Origin: Octopus sinensis
Taxonomy: Eukaryota
NCBI RefSeq assembly: GCF_006345805.1
Contig: NC_043004.1
Location: forward strand, 47,864,001-47,928,000
Length of the DNA: 64,000 nucleotides
Direction of reading: 5' to 3'
The notes beneath the pieces were generated by a model, which was given only the letters and a program-made list of their open reading frames with translations, made no database searches and was not told the DNA's origin. A program made the position numbers and the translations under genes. Positions 1 to 13,039 of this stretch are shown piece after piece (the stretch's first letter is position 1; the number at the start of each line of letters is the position of its first letter).

Positions 1-257
1 AATATTGTCCTTACATTGAGATCCAGACTCTTGTGAAAAAGTACCGCGGTGCCACTACCGCCCATTCTCGGCAGACAGGGGGAAAAATAAATGTTGAACT
101 GTCCGCCAAACATGGTCTTTAGGGCCCGCGGATTGTGGAGTCTGGTCTCGCTTATGGCTATGATTTCTAACTTATGTGACTTTATGTCATTTAAGAGGTA
201 CCCTTGTTTCCAAGGGGACCCCAAGCCACGCGCATTTACACAACCAATCTTGATCAT
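1..257 (-). CDS. LINE ORF2 N-terminus (APE endonuclease domain), Tx1/L1-type; continues beyond the left edge
   Basis: Hand translation from ATG at 257: MIKIGCVNARGLGSPWKQGYLLNDIKSHKLEIIAISETRLHNPRALKTMFGGQFNIYFSPCLPRMGGSGTAVLFHKSL. It has the N-x-R-G-L, I-x-x-x-S-E-T and G-x-A-V-L motifs of APE domains and no stop in 85 codons. Absent from the ORF track because no stop falls in the window. Confidence 0.9.
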   Translation of the reverse strand, partial: MIKIGCVNARGLGSPWKQGYLLNDIKSHKLEIIAISETRLHNPRALKTMFGGQFNIYFSPCLPRMGGSGTAVLFHKSLDLNVRTI

Positions 258-288
258 AGTTCTAATGAATTAGAATACAGAGGGTTAC

Positions 289-2301
289 TTACTGCTCGAA
301 AGTTTTTGCTTTCTCCTCCGTTGGTTTGTCCTCGAGAAGATCCCAGTACAGTTTTTTTGTGAGATATTTTTGGCATTTACCAACCGCACTGGGGAAAATG
401 CCTTTGAGTGTGTGGTGCAGACTTTTGGAGATGTGTAATATTTTGATGTGGTCTGGTGGTGTTGTGTATGGGTGATTGTTTGTTTTTATGTCATCTTCTG
501 TTATGTTTGTTTTTGATTGGATGTATTCCATCAAATTTGTGTTTTGGTGTCTATGGCTGTGAGCATGTTTGCTGTATATGTTTTTGTGGTGTTGGTGTGG
601 CTGTTGTTTGCGTTGGGTTTTGAAATGTCTTCGGGAGATGTATTTCCCCCTGCTTTGTTCGTGTTTGCATTTGGTTTGGTTCGTTTCTGCTCTTTATTTT
701 CTTCCTTCTTTTTGTAGCTATTTGCCATTCCTCACTGGTTTCGTCTTCCGACGAAATTTCTGAGGAATCAGAAGGGGGTAGGGGTATGTTGTGGGCTTCT
801 ATGTATGTCTGTGTAAGTGGTTGTGTTGTTGTTTTCGTTGTTGTTGGTTGTTGAGTGTTTGTGTGTGTTGAGTGCGGTATAAGGGATGGGGGATCAGTTT
901 GTGTGTGTTTTCTTTGTTTTTCTGTTCCTTTGGGTTTTGCTGTTGATGGTGGTGTTGGTATTTTTTCAGGTGTCGAGTGGTTTTTGGTTGATGACGGATT
1001 AGATTGGTGTGCTTCTCTTGTCGTCTTCTGTGTTGATGGTGGTGTGGGTAGTAGAGCTTTTTTTCCGGAGTGCTTTGGTTGTGGTAGTGGTTGTTGTTGT
1101 TGCTCTTGGTGTGCAGTGGTTGGGCACGTCTTTTTCAAGTGTGTTTCGCTTCCACACAAATAGCAGCGTGGTCGCCTGCCCTCTACCACTATATAGAGTT
1201 TGTAGCCTCCTGGCAGTTCTATAGCGGTGGGTATCTTCTCTCTTGCTGCTTCATCCAATTGAAGCAGGAATTCGATTGATTTGCCCACATAGTCCTTTCT
1301 CTCCTAGAACCGCGATTTCCAGGATGTTTGTCTCTGACATTGTCTCTGACATTTCAAAGCAGATGGCAGAGACCAACCATTGTGTTTCGACATCAAATGG
1401 TATGTTTTTTATTTGGACTTTCGTGACCCTTTTGTTTAAATAGGCTGGTATCATTACCAAGTCGTCTGAATGCAGCTCCAATGTGGAAAAACGTTTTGCT
1501 AAACTTTCGTTGAGGAAACGTACTTGGACTGTACCATTTTTGTTTCCCAAACTGATATATTCCTTGGAGTCCCATACAGGACGAAGGCATTTATCGATTT
1601 TTTCCTGCGGTGCATTTTCTGTTCTTCTTGTTTTTTTGTTTATTATTACTTTATAAATTATTTTTTTTGTGTGTGTTTTCCACGATGTGTTGTGGAATAT
1701 GAAGGTGGAATTTGTCTCCTTCTTTGGAGAAGAGTGCCTTTGTGCGGTTTATCTCTTGTGTGGTGAATGTTACAATTGTTCTTTTTTGTTTTGTTACGTC
1801 CGCAAAATTCGTTTTGAATTTGGCAGTAGAAGTGTTAATTGTGGCAGTGTTAATTGAAGTCATGGTAGTGGTGTTGGTGTTGGCGGTATTAGCAGCAGAA
1901 AGCTTGGATGTAGCATTTGACGTCGTAGTAGTGGTGTTGGTGTTGGCGGTGTTGTCTTTGGTAGGCGGCTTTGTGCCAATTTCGTTGTTGTTGTTGTTGG
2001 TGGTGATGGTGGTGGTGCTGGCATTCATGTTTTCGTTTGTATTCATTTTTGAAATCCCTTTCTCTGTCCCTTTATCATCAACAAGTGGTGTGGGGAGTGA
2101 GGGGAAATCTAAGTTAATGTCTTTGGTCGCGGCGATGGTGAATGCGACGTTAGATTTGTTGTTGTTGTTGTTGGTGGTGGTGATGGTGGTGACAGCGGTG
2201 TTCACGCTGCGATGTTTAGCAGCTAGTGGTAGCAATAGTGTTTTGCTACCGTTCTGCATGACTGGCGGGCTAGCCACGTGGTTTCTAGTTGCCATTTTCA
2301 A
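289..2301 (-). pseudogene. LINE ORF1 (gag-like: low-complexity N-terminus, RRM-like segment, CCHC zinc knuckle), split by frameshifts/stop
   Basis: Track ORFs 1651-2301, 1251-1550, 551-1288 and 289-534 are collinear on the minus strand. CYLCGSETHLKKTC (C-X2-C-X4-H-X4-C) lies at about 1124-1165. Removing one A near 1295 joins LGEK-DYVGKSIEFLL. The last piece ends 31 nt before the ORF2 ATG. Confidence 0.8.
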
Positions 2302-2517
2302 AATGAAAAATGGCTAAAAAACCCACGAAAGTTTTGAAAGTTTTTTTGTAATTTCGCCCATACAGGGGCGGAATTCTACGTGAATAATTCTCAGGTTTTT
2401 TAGTGAATGAACTCGCACAACGATTAAAACAAAATATTTGACAACAAGGAGTTTTAAACATGTAAAAGTGGCCAACTTACGTGGAGCCGATATGATTAGC
2501 GTCCGTCCATTGTGAGA

Positions 2518-2638
2518 TTAGAGATAGACAGATAGATAGATGGATAGATAAATAGATAGATAGATAGATAGATATATAGATAGATAGATAGATGGATAGA
2601 TAGATAAATAGATAGATAGATAGATAGATAGATAGATG

Positions 2639-2713
<75 letters not shown>

Positions 2714-2730
2714 GGATGGATGGATGGATG

Positions 2731-2811
<81 letters not shown>

Positions 2812-2812
2812 G
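2518..2812. repeat. (AGAT)n microsatellite, about 300 bp
   Basis: Seen directly; occasional GGAT/AAAT units. Confidence 0.97.
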
Positions 2813-3447
2813 TATGTATGTGTATGTGCAATTTATCGTTCACAAAAGTGTTTCTATGATTCCTCTCATAAGTAACTATTGAATTATATTTAATCTATGT
2901 CTCTCTTTCTCATTCTCTATACAGAACACACGCTTACACGTGAACATCAAACATATACGTACACACCCATGCATACACACAACTACTCAAACACACACAC
3001 GCACATATATATATTTAGACGCACGTTACAATTTTTTTTTTAATATTTACTATTAAAATATAGTGCCTTTAGTATACTATACTTTGAATAATTTTATTCA
3101 ATATAAGCATTCAATATGATTATTATATTTTTCATATCTTGAAGCTAGAAGCTAATATATAATCATGTGAAATTTTGTTATAGATTCACATACATGGACA
3201 CATAGACACATACACTAATACATACATACGCACACGCACAAATATACTGACACACACATAAACATTCACACACATACTCACGCACATAATCATACATATA
3301 AATAAACAGAGATACACAATGTGTAAATATGTGTGTATGTGCGTGCGTAAACATCAAACGTACAAGTGTGCACATTCGTATTGACGTATCTATATATGTG
3401 TGTGTGTGTGCTTGTGAGTGTTAGTGTGTGTTTCTCTCATACGTTTA

Positions 3448-3489
<42 letters not shown>

Positions 3490-3494
<5 letters not shown>

Positions 3495-3712
3495 CGTGAT
3501 CACCGTGACCGACCAGGCTATCAGATGATGCTACATATCGCTGGTCACAATGCGCTTCGCATTGTTTTAGCCTTCGAACGACGCTACTCCGTTGGCTAAG
3601 CGAACAAGTCAACAGAAGAAAGAGTGAGAGAAAGTTGTAGCGAAAGAGTACAGCAGGATCGCCACCACCACCCCTGCCGTAGCCTCGTGGAGCTTTAGGT
3701 GTTAATGATGGA
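3490..3712 (-). mobile_element. tRNA-derived SINE family C, 5'-truncated copy
   Basis: About 85-90% similar by eye to 3908-4120; both end in TCACCGTGATCACCGTGA next to (TA)n. Confidence 0.7.
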
Positions 3713-3719
3713 GCACCTC

Positions 3720-4350
3720 CTTGTTGCAGAATATCTGTTTAGTCAAATATATTCACCCCAGTTCTTAATTTTTGTAAGTCTGGTACTTATTCTATCGGGT
3801 TTTAGGACTAACCGCTACGTTATAGGTACGTAATCGCACAAACACCACTTGAAGCGGTGGTGGATGACAAACACAAACACACACATACAGGCATATATAT
3901 ATATATATATCACCGTGATCACCGTGACCAACCAGGCTATCAGATGTTGCTACACATCGCTGGTAACAATGCGCTTCGCATTGTTTTAGCCTTCAAATGA
4001 CGTCACCCCGGTGGCTAAGCGAGCAGGCCAACAGAAGAAAAAGTGAGAGAAAGTTGTAGCGAAAGAGTACACCAGGGGTCGCCACCATCCCCTGTCGTAG
4101 CCTCGTGGAGTTTTAGGTGTTTTCGCTCAATAAACACTCACAGCGCATGGTGTGGGAATCGAAACCGCGATATATATATATATATATACACGAATGGCTT
4201 CTTTCAGTTTCCGTCTACCAAATCCACTTGCAAGGTTTTGGTCGGCGTGAGGCTATAGTAGAAAACACTTGCCTAAGGTATCTCACAGAGGAAATCAACT
4301 CGAAACCATGTGATCGGGAAGCAAAATTCTTAACACACAGTCACACCTGC
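3720..4350 (-). mobile_element. SINE family B split by a nested insertion (head 4175-4350, 3' part 3720-3905)
   Basis: Both halves match the reverse complement of the intact plus-strand copy at 61799-62165 (GTGGATTTGGTAGACGGAAACTGAAAGAAG; GATAGAATAAGTAC). Confidence 0.7.
3908..4170 (-). mobile_element. tRNA-derived SINE family C, copy with B-box
   Basis: Minus strand reads GCGGTTTCGATTCCCACACC (B-box-like), then the same body as 3490-3712; (TA)n on both sides. Confidence 0.7.
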
Positions 4351-5100
4351 GTAAAGATATATACCCAGGCTTAGATATGCAAGTAAATAATAAAAGCCTG
4401 ATTTTGTGCTTTAACAATACCACTTTGCAGCGAGCGAGGTTGATGTTGGGTCAATCTCAGTCCGTAGCATAATTTGATTCGTACTTCTAAAATGGTGTGT
4501 GGTTGATGACTACTTTGCAATTTTTCTTGAATTGGTGAAATGCAACTGTATAGAGGCGCCGAAATATATGCATTCTTATCGACTACAAAAGGGTGGAAGG
4601 TAAAGTCCACTACGGCGGAATTTGAACTATAGTCTGAGTTCAAATTCCGTCGAGATCGACTTTGTCTTTCATCCTTTTGGGGTCGATAAAGAGGAAATCA
4701 CAGAGGAAATCAACTCGAAACCATGTGATCGGGAAGCAAAATTCTTAACACACAGTCACACCTGCGTAAAGATATATACCCAGGCTTAGATATGCAAGTA
4801 CATATATAAAAGCCTGATTTTGTGCTTTAACAATACCACTTTGCAGCGAGGTTGATGTTGGGTTCAATCTCAGTCCGTAGCATAATTTGATTCGTACCTT
4901 CTAAAATGGTGTGTGGTTGATGACTACTTTGCAATTTCTTGAATTTGGTGAAATGCAACTGTATAGAGGCCCGAAATATATGCATTCTTATCGACTACAA
5001 AAGGGTGGAAGGTAAAGTCCACTACGGCGGAATTTGAACTATAGTCTGAGTTCAAATTCCGTCGAGATCGACTTTGTCTTTCATCCTTTTGGGGTCGATA
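4283..5100. repeat. About 405-bp tandem duplication (4283-4690 and 4698-5100)
   Basis: Near-identical copies differing mostly by small indels; GAGGAAA microduplication at the junction. Confidence 0.9.
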
Positions 5101-5447
5101 AATTAAGTACCAGTAATCGACTATGTCTCGCCCCCAAGCCTTGCATCTAGGTTAGAAACTGGTCCTTTCTCTATTGACAAGAAATAGTGAAATAAACTGA
5201 ATAATGATATACATACATGCATACATGCATGCACACATAAATACATACATGCATGCATACATACATACATACATACATACATACATACATACATACATAC
5301 ATACATGCATACATACATACATACATACATACACATACATACATACATAAATTCGTACGTACGTAATTGTGTGTGTTTGTGTATCCCAAAAGTCATCTAG
5401 GGGTTTTAAATTTTTTTTTCAATTAGATTAAGATGAGGATATTATCC

Positions 5448-6520
5448 ATGGAAAAATTCACAACTGAACAAAGAACCAAAATCATGAAATTGTATTTTAG
5501 ATTTAACCAATCGATCATTCACACGCAAGGATTATACTGCCGACTATTCAGTACCTGAAAACCACCACCAGATTTCATGATTCGTCGGTTGATTCAAACT
5601 TTTAGGCAGTTTGGTTCAGTAAGTGATTTATCACGAAGTGGAAGACCACATATAGTTTGTTCGCATATGAAACGTGAACGTGTGCGAGACAGTGTTGAAC
5701 ATAACCCGAAATCATCGATTTGCAGATGTTCTAACCAGTTGAGGTTGTCTCGGAAGTCCTTGAAACGCATATGAATGTACAAATAGCAGCCGTATCGATG
5801 CAAAGTGCAATTGGTACAGATGTTAAGCCGACAGGTCATCAAAAACTCTTAGATTATTCGGTCCAGACTCAGAGGCTGGCTGCTGAAGAAAACGAATTTG
5901 TTCATAAAGTAATTATGAATGACGAAGCTCATTTCCATTTAGACAGTGTTGTTAATAAGCAGAAGAGTCGGATCTGGAGATGAGAGGATCATAATTGCAT
6001 ACACCATTGCTAGTTGAATCCTCTCAAAAACACATTCTGCTGCGGCGCAATGTGAGATAGGATCACTGGATTTTAGTTTTTGAAAAAGGAAAATGCAACG
6101 CAATGACTGTAACTGGTGAGCGGAATCGAATCATGATCAAAACTTTTGGGCTCAGCAGTATAGAACAAGCCTAAGGTATGGCATCAAAATGATAGAACCG
6201 CTGTTCACATGACCTGGGACAGTTATAAAGTTTCTAAGGCAAACTTCTTAAGCAACGACTAATTTTGAGAAATTCCGAAATCTCTTGGTCAACACGTTCT
6301 CCCGATCTGACGGCTTCCGATTATTTTTTTGTTGGAGTGGGGGGATACCTTAAGCAAGTGTATACATCAATAAATCTCCAAGCAAATCAACAACTCAGAG
6401 ATAACATTTGTACAAAAATACAAGGGGTGAAGCCAGAGATATTAAGCCATTATTAAGGAGAATGCTATCGAAAGAACGCATCTGAGTGAAGTTGAATATC
6501 GAGGAGATTGACGTCAGATA
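5448..6520 (+). mobile_element. Decayed Tc1/mariner-superfamily transposase (rosa/maT-like), multiply frameshifted
   Basis: MEKFTTEQRTKIMKLY...RSGRP...RDSVEHNPKSS (HTH region), VIMNDEAHFHL (first D), WHQND (second D region), SWSTRSPDLTASDYFF..GYLK (SPDL motif). Confidence 0.88.
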
Positions 6521-6998
6521 ATTTTATATAATTAAATGAGAATGTATTTTCTACGTCTAAATTTTTATTCTGTATAAAACAATTTTTGAATACTAAAAAA
6601 TGTGGAAATTAGAATATTTTTAAATCACAAGGTGACTTAAGGGTCGCTTTGAATATACGAAGCACAGAACAAATATTCTGTTGGCCACAAAAAGAAATAA
6701 TTTTTGATATTTTTCTCTGTTCATAATTGTTGTTGTCATAGTTTGTAGTTTTTATTTTAGCGCTGGTAATATTTCTTCTTATACAGGTAGGAAAGACGAA
6801 GATTTGGTTACTATTTCTAACAGGTGAGGGAAACATAACGAAGATTTTATGTTGTCCCAGACGTCATTATCGGCTCGTGTATACTAGAGTATATATGAAG
6901 CTTTATATGTTAAAGCGGATCAGCCTGAATCACAACCTTTCATTTTGATCTTCATATCTACGCTCTTTCAAATACTTACATATAATGTACATCTCTAG

Positions 6999-7335
6999 AT
7001 GAAAACAGATACATTTACACACACCTATATACTTACCTTCATTACATTCATATATTCATACGTACATACATACACACAGAACACACATATATATGTATAT
7101 AAACAAACACACACACACACATATATATATATAATATATATACATATATGCATATATATACATATACATATATATCATTTACATATAAACATATATTCAT
7201 ATATATCTATATATATATTTGTGTGTGTGTCTATATATTATGTCTATATGTATGTATGTATCTATTGTATGTATGTATGTATGAATGTATGTATGTATGT
7301 TTTTATATATGTATGTATGTATGTATGTATTTATG

Positions 7336-7366
<31 letters not shown>

Positions 7367-7957
7367 TTATGTATGTATTGTATGCATGTATGTATGAATG
7401 TATGTATGTATGTTTGTATATATGTATGTATGTATATATGTATGTATATATGTATGTATTTATGTATGTATGTATGTATGTATGTATGTATGTATGTATG
7501 TATGTATGTATGTATGTATGTATGTATGTATGTATGTATCTTTGTACCTATATATGTAAATCAATTTCAGAATTGCCGTCTATAGATTACTTGTATATTA
7601 TTTGGATGTAGATCAGAATGACGTTAGAATAAAAATTCTATTATAGTTCTGATCTGCAAGCTAAAAGCGTACTGAAAACTGGCTTAAATTTGTCTGCAAA
7701 GTTTCAGCATCAAAATTAAGTGATGCAATTAAGTTTTGAATGAATTTAAAGTAAAGTAAAATGAAGGAATAATTTAAAGCAATATCTAAAATTAATATTG
7801 TTTTCATTATTGTTGTTGTTCTTTAAATATTATTATCATCATCATGATCATCATTTTTATTATCATTGTTATTGTTATTACTATTATTAATATTTTCCTG
7901 TATTTGTTACTCTTTTCATTGTGGTTATCATTTGGAACTCAATATTTCTCTATATAG

Positions 7958-8013
<56 letters not shown>

Positions 8014-8017
8014 CTAT

Positions 8018-8109
<92 letters not shown>

Positions 8110-8861
8110 TGTATGTATGTGTGTATGTATATGTATGTATACATACTTAGATACATATAGCGAAATAGTGTATTTGGGGTGGGAGGGAGTGAATGTGTGG
8201 AAGAACGATATATTGATACTCATATATTATGTGTGTGTATTTGTATATATATGTGTGTATGTATGTATTGTGTATGTGTGTGTGTTTATACGTAAGAAAT
8301 TACGTATTATCTTTGCATTCTGTTTTTTTACGTTGTATGTAAATATAATTGTGTGTATATATATATATATATACTCACACATATATATGTATATATATAC
8401 ATATATATATATATAATATATATATATATATATTCATATATATATATATATATAAATATATATGCATAAGTCAAGCTTAATTATGTTTATCTGCATCACT
8501 ATCTCAATGCATATATACGTGTATATGCGTGAGTGTGTGTGTGTGTTTACACACACATACATACATATGTGTATATAAATATATACATGTGTATAAATGT
8601 GTATATGTGTATAAACAACTAAAATAAATGAATTAATAAAGTAGAAAAACATACGTAAAACAGAAAACAATGAAAAGCAAAAGTAGGAAATCGTATTATA
8701 TTCCCGCAACAAATATATCAGAAAGATTTGAGTTTCCAACTAAAGGCAGAGATGTTTACTTCCATTAAATATATTTAATTTTGCTATTTTGTTTTTCCTA
8801 ATATATATCTTTAAAAATATTTGTGTGCGTGTGCACAAGTAGATATATATATATACATACA

Positions 8862-8910
<49 letters not shown>

Positions 8911-9129
8911 TATATATATACATATATGTATTTGCGTGTGCGTCTGTGTGTGTGTATCTTTTTCTTTTCTTTTCCTAGCTAACAATGAGAAGGAATACAA
9001 AAATTGACCGGCCTTATAAACGTAGACAGTCACATAATAGCAACAGCTTTCAGACTAATAATGCCAAATTACTGAATGAGTTGAGACAGAAGTTGAATGC
9101 CTTTTATTTATGTTTTATATATATGTATG

Positions 9130-9185
<56 letters not shown>

Positions 9186-9295
9186 ATATATATGTTATAT
9201 CTTTATATTCATTTTCACTTTTTTATATTTCTTTATATTTTTATATTTTTATATTTATATATTTATATTTTTATATTTTTATATTTTTTTTATCT
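6999..9295. repeat. Compound (TA)n/(CA)n/(TATG)n/(TTTATA)n simple-repeat field
   Basis: Seen directly; accounts for the YI/HT/MYVC ORFs in the track. Confidence 0.9.
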
Positions 9296-9562
9296 TTCGT
9301 CCTTAATTCTCGCCCCTCCATCTTTATCCCTATTTACTCTTATTACCAGGTTCCTTCACGTCTGTGTGTATATATATATTTATTTATTCATTTATTTATA
9401 TTACCTCAACATCCAAACTTCCTCATTCTACATTGAGAGAAAGACGGGATGGACGCTTCATTTTTGTGCTGGTGCCCCACTATGTCGTACGCGACTGAGA
9501 GGATTTGCATCCCCAACGTAGAATTTTTGATGTAATACATGTCCTTGAAGTAGTAATTGTGC

Positions 9563-9640
9563 GCGGCTGAAGAAGGCCATAGACACACATTATGCATTGG
9601 TATAAATCTGTCTCATAAAGGCCCGAAACATATGTACCGC
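9563..9640 (+). ncRNA. Minimal type I hammerhead ribozyme motif
   Basis: GCGG-CUGAAGA-A-GGCC...GGCC-C-GAAAC-AUAU-GUA-CCGC: stem I GCGG/CCGC, palindromic stem III ACAUAUGU, GUA triplet at 9634-9636. Confidence 0.75.
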
Positions 9641-11513
9641 TGAATCCTTGGCATCTTGTTTTTATTTTGATTAATTTACTCCACCACCTACACCACCAAA
9701 CGGTATATACAGGTGCTTACAATTATCAAGTACTCACCCTGAATTTTTATATATATATATATATATGTGATTTTTTTTAAATTTGATTGTGGTCACAGAG
9801 AGAAATGTACGTACCAGTATTAAGAATATGAATACGGATTCGTGAATAAATACCTGAACGTATGATAGTCAGTGTACTATTCATCAACCTATATGAAATT
9901 AACACAATGACTGCAGTTTTCTGCGGTTTGTGTTCCTATGTTCTTCTTGAGAAGTTTACAATGTTAAGTATACAGTGCGTTTTGAAAAGAAGTACACTAT
10001 AATTTTCCTGTATTTCAAAATATTTCAGTAGCCCAACTAATTGTTTAGTGATACACACCAAATCAATTAGCAATGTGAAATATCGTTAATTAAACCTTTT
10101 AGTGCTATTTGTTTCACATGTGATACACATAACAACTTTTCCTGGAGTCCATGCGTCGTGTATGATACATATTCCGATTTATTTCAACTACTAGAGTGAC
10201 TTGGGACTTATAAAAGGAAGGTTTTATATTTCTCAGAACGTGTGAAATAAAGGCTAACTAAAAGTCTGAAAAGAAACCTGGGCCTTTACAAGAAACTTAT
10301 GAAGATGCTTTGGACAGTCATGGGATAAATATTGTAGTACAGATCATTTAAAGAACATTCGTTGATCGCCACAACTAGTTAAGGCCTGTGTATAGGAGAG
10401 AAAGATGAGTGATGAGAAACTTCCATGCGGGGTAAAAAATCTCTTCTAAGTTAGCTCGCCTTTAAATATATGTTGACCCTTAAGTTTCTAAGATCGGTTT
10501 AGCGAAAAACTTGTACATTTCCTCTAAAGCCACAGTCCCGGCGATACGTCAGCCAGCATTGATTGTGAATGTGTTGATACCTTCAATGGCTACTCTTTTC
10601 ATTTTATAGATTCTAGCGTGACAAAATCTGAGAATTATGTTTAAATGTTAATGAAGTTCTGACTACAGTATAAGCCATTAAAGTCGTATGGTTAAGAAGT
10701 TCATTTCCCAATGATAATTACATAGTTCCTTGTGGTTTCCCTCGAAGTTATAACATAGACACATGCTTTCTACTGTATTGCACTGGATGTCCTGTATTTT
10801 CTGGGTACAAAATTTTATTCTTTGTCAGGTTTACCTTGACCAACAAGCTTTTGATTAATTTTAGCAAACCGTACTTTGTTTTCAATGTTTGAGCTAGAAC
10901 TCAGGTTTCAGCGTTTCAATAACCTCTACCCTTTTTTTTCAACGTTTTGGCAAGACCTTGAATAAAATATGAGAACGCTCAAAGATTTTTAAATAACACT
11001 AAATCAAATAGTTCAGTATACAGTGAATGTTCGTGGTTGGAATGAATCTTAACACATTCATCGGATGTTATTTCGCAACTGCAGTTTTTATACTTCCTAT
11101 TCTTAAGTAATTCGATATTTCTGAATAAAAAAAACCTTTGTTTTTCCTCTTTTAATTGAGCCGTAACACAAAAATGCATAGCAAAAAGTGAAAATTCTAC
11201 AATATAAACTATCAACATGGGCGTGGAGAATATCCACTGAACTGTGAAGAAGATCGCTTCGCAACCATATCATTTCGTGTTCAGTCCTACAATGTGGGAT
11301 TAGAACAAATGTCTTCTACTACAGCACCGCGGTCGACCAATCTATTCCTTGTGAGTAAATTTGGTTGAGGGAAACTGGGGGAGCTCGCAATATGTGCGCG
11401 CACACATATACACGCACGCACAAAGACATATACATACCTATGTGTATATTTAAACTTACTTGGAAATACGTGCGTCGCGTTCAATTAAAATAATAAATTA
11501 TATTATGATAGAT

Positions 11514-11692
11514 CGCAAGCCACTACACATTCTTTATTTTCTCTCCTTGTTTCTTTCTGTGTTCCTTTCTGTGGAAGAGCGTAGGCTCGAAACGTTAAAG
11601 ACTTTTTCACTTCCTGAGCGTTATACTTGTACATCTGTTTGTTGTCTACACCTCCTGTCTTCGTCTTTTGTTTTTTGTGAATTCTCCCCCTA
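11514..11692 (+). mobile_element. Penelope-like (pLTR-type) short repeat carrying a hammerhead-like motif at 11565-11600
   Basis: Homologous to 55017-55192. CUUU-CUGUGGA-A-GAGC-GUAG-GCUC-GAAAC-GUU-AAAG; ends in (TA)n. Confidence 0.65.
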
Positions 11693-11728
11693 TATATATA
11701 TATATATATAATATATATATATATACAC

Positions 11729-11765
<37 letters not shown>

Positions 11766-11810
11766 TAGATAGATAGATAGATATATAGATAGATAGATAG
11801 ATAGATAGAT

Positions 11811-11841
<31 letters not shown>

Positions 11842-12314
11842 CATAGATAGATAGATACATAGATAGATAGATAGATAATTGTGTGTGTGTGTATATATGT
11901 ACGTACGTACATTTAAGGTTTCAGGACGTCACCGACGATACAATTAACATGAAATACGTAAACAACGAGAAAAAAGGGAAAACAGGACAAGTAAACAGAG
12001 AAAGAGCCCTACATTAGTTGTTGGCTGTCTATCTACTCTTCATTTCGAGCATTCAATGACAATATGAATCTTAAAATAAAATTTAGGTTTTATGGAGGCT
12101 CTAAGTTAGGAACAAAAATACGACAGTGGAGACATACAAGGAAACTGATTGAAAACAAACATGGAGGGTCGTTAGACCTTAATGAGGGGAAATAGTGAAC
12201 GCTGGGAAAAACATTATCTTTTGGGGGGGTGAGAAAAGATAGAAGAGTGAGAGAAAAAAGACTTTGCCTTTTATCGCTTCACGGGAGATTATCTTTGTTT
12301 AAGTAGTGTCCAAA

Positions 12315-12405
12315 ATAAATAACGACCATTTAGTGTAGGACGTGTCGACGATTCCGATCCCGCATTGAAGCAGTCATCAAAGCTGAAGGTGGATTCATAC
12401 AATAA
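12315..12405 (+). mobile_element. Tc1/mariner transposase C-terminal fragment
   Basis: Translates as TCRRFRSRIEAVIKAEGGFIQ*, the typical transposase C-terminus. Confidence 0.7.
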
Positions 12406-12534
12406 GCCTATAAGATTACCGAGAACGAGGGCACCACTTCTTATTAAAATGCATCTGATTTTTGGTACATTAGAGTTGTTTTACTACCAAATACATACTA
12501 AAATATCTCTCGCATCTCGTAGGTTTATCTACAA

Positions 12535-12591
<57 letters not shown>

Positions 12592-12795
12592 TTTATATAA
12601 ATAGGGATAAGATCGTTAATTTAAATAACGATTTTATCAAGTGGTCAGCATGGAAAAAATAACCTTCAATGGTAAATTATTAAAATTATAAATTAGGATA
12701 TCTACGTGCATATATATATGGGTATACGCTCGTATGTGTAAGTATTCGTATGTTGTATTTATATATATATGTATTTATGTTTCCCTCCTGTGTGT

Positions 12796-12855
12796 ATTCT
12801 ACTGACGAGGCAAAGCATTCCTAAATGCAAAACCCAGAAATCCGGGATCTAGAAT
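12796..12855 (+). ncRNA. Hammerhead ribozyme motif (degenerate stem II)
   Basis: AUUCUA-CUGACGA-GG...GCAUU/AAUGC...CC-CA-GAAA-UCCGGG-AUC-UAGAAU: 6-bp stem I, intact core boxes, near-palindromic stem III, AUC triplet. Confidence 0.55.
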
Positions 12856-12998
12856 TATCCAGTAATTTTTTACTAGTTTCATCATGTCACTTTATTTTCT
12901 CTCCGTGTTGATATATGGACAATTAAGGTGGTTTTAGAGTCAGATCATGGCTGCTATTTTCAGCATGGTGGTGTCTCGTAGATACCCTAATTTATAAT

Positions 12999-13030
<32 letters not shown>

Positions 13031-13039
13031 ATATATATA

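Larger units (their letters stand above)
1..2510 (-). mobile_element. Tx1/L1-clade non-LTR retrotransposon, 5' half including 5' UTR
   Basis: ORF1 with CCHC knuckle followed by APE-ORF2, strong GT/CA strand skew, and a putative 5' UTR at about 2302-2510. The 5' boundary is approximate. Confidence 0.8.

Noticed and set aside
1712-2317. 201-aa plus-strand hydrophobic ORF (and other plus ORFs at 517-1443)
   Set aside because: Antisense shadow of the low-complexity, C/A-rich LINE ORF1.
9705-9750. Minus-strand donor CAGG|GTGAGT
   Set aside because: Preceded directly by (TA)n with no exon; more likely a Tc1/mariner TIR remnant (CAGGGTG).
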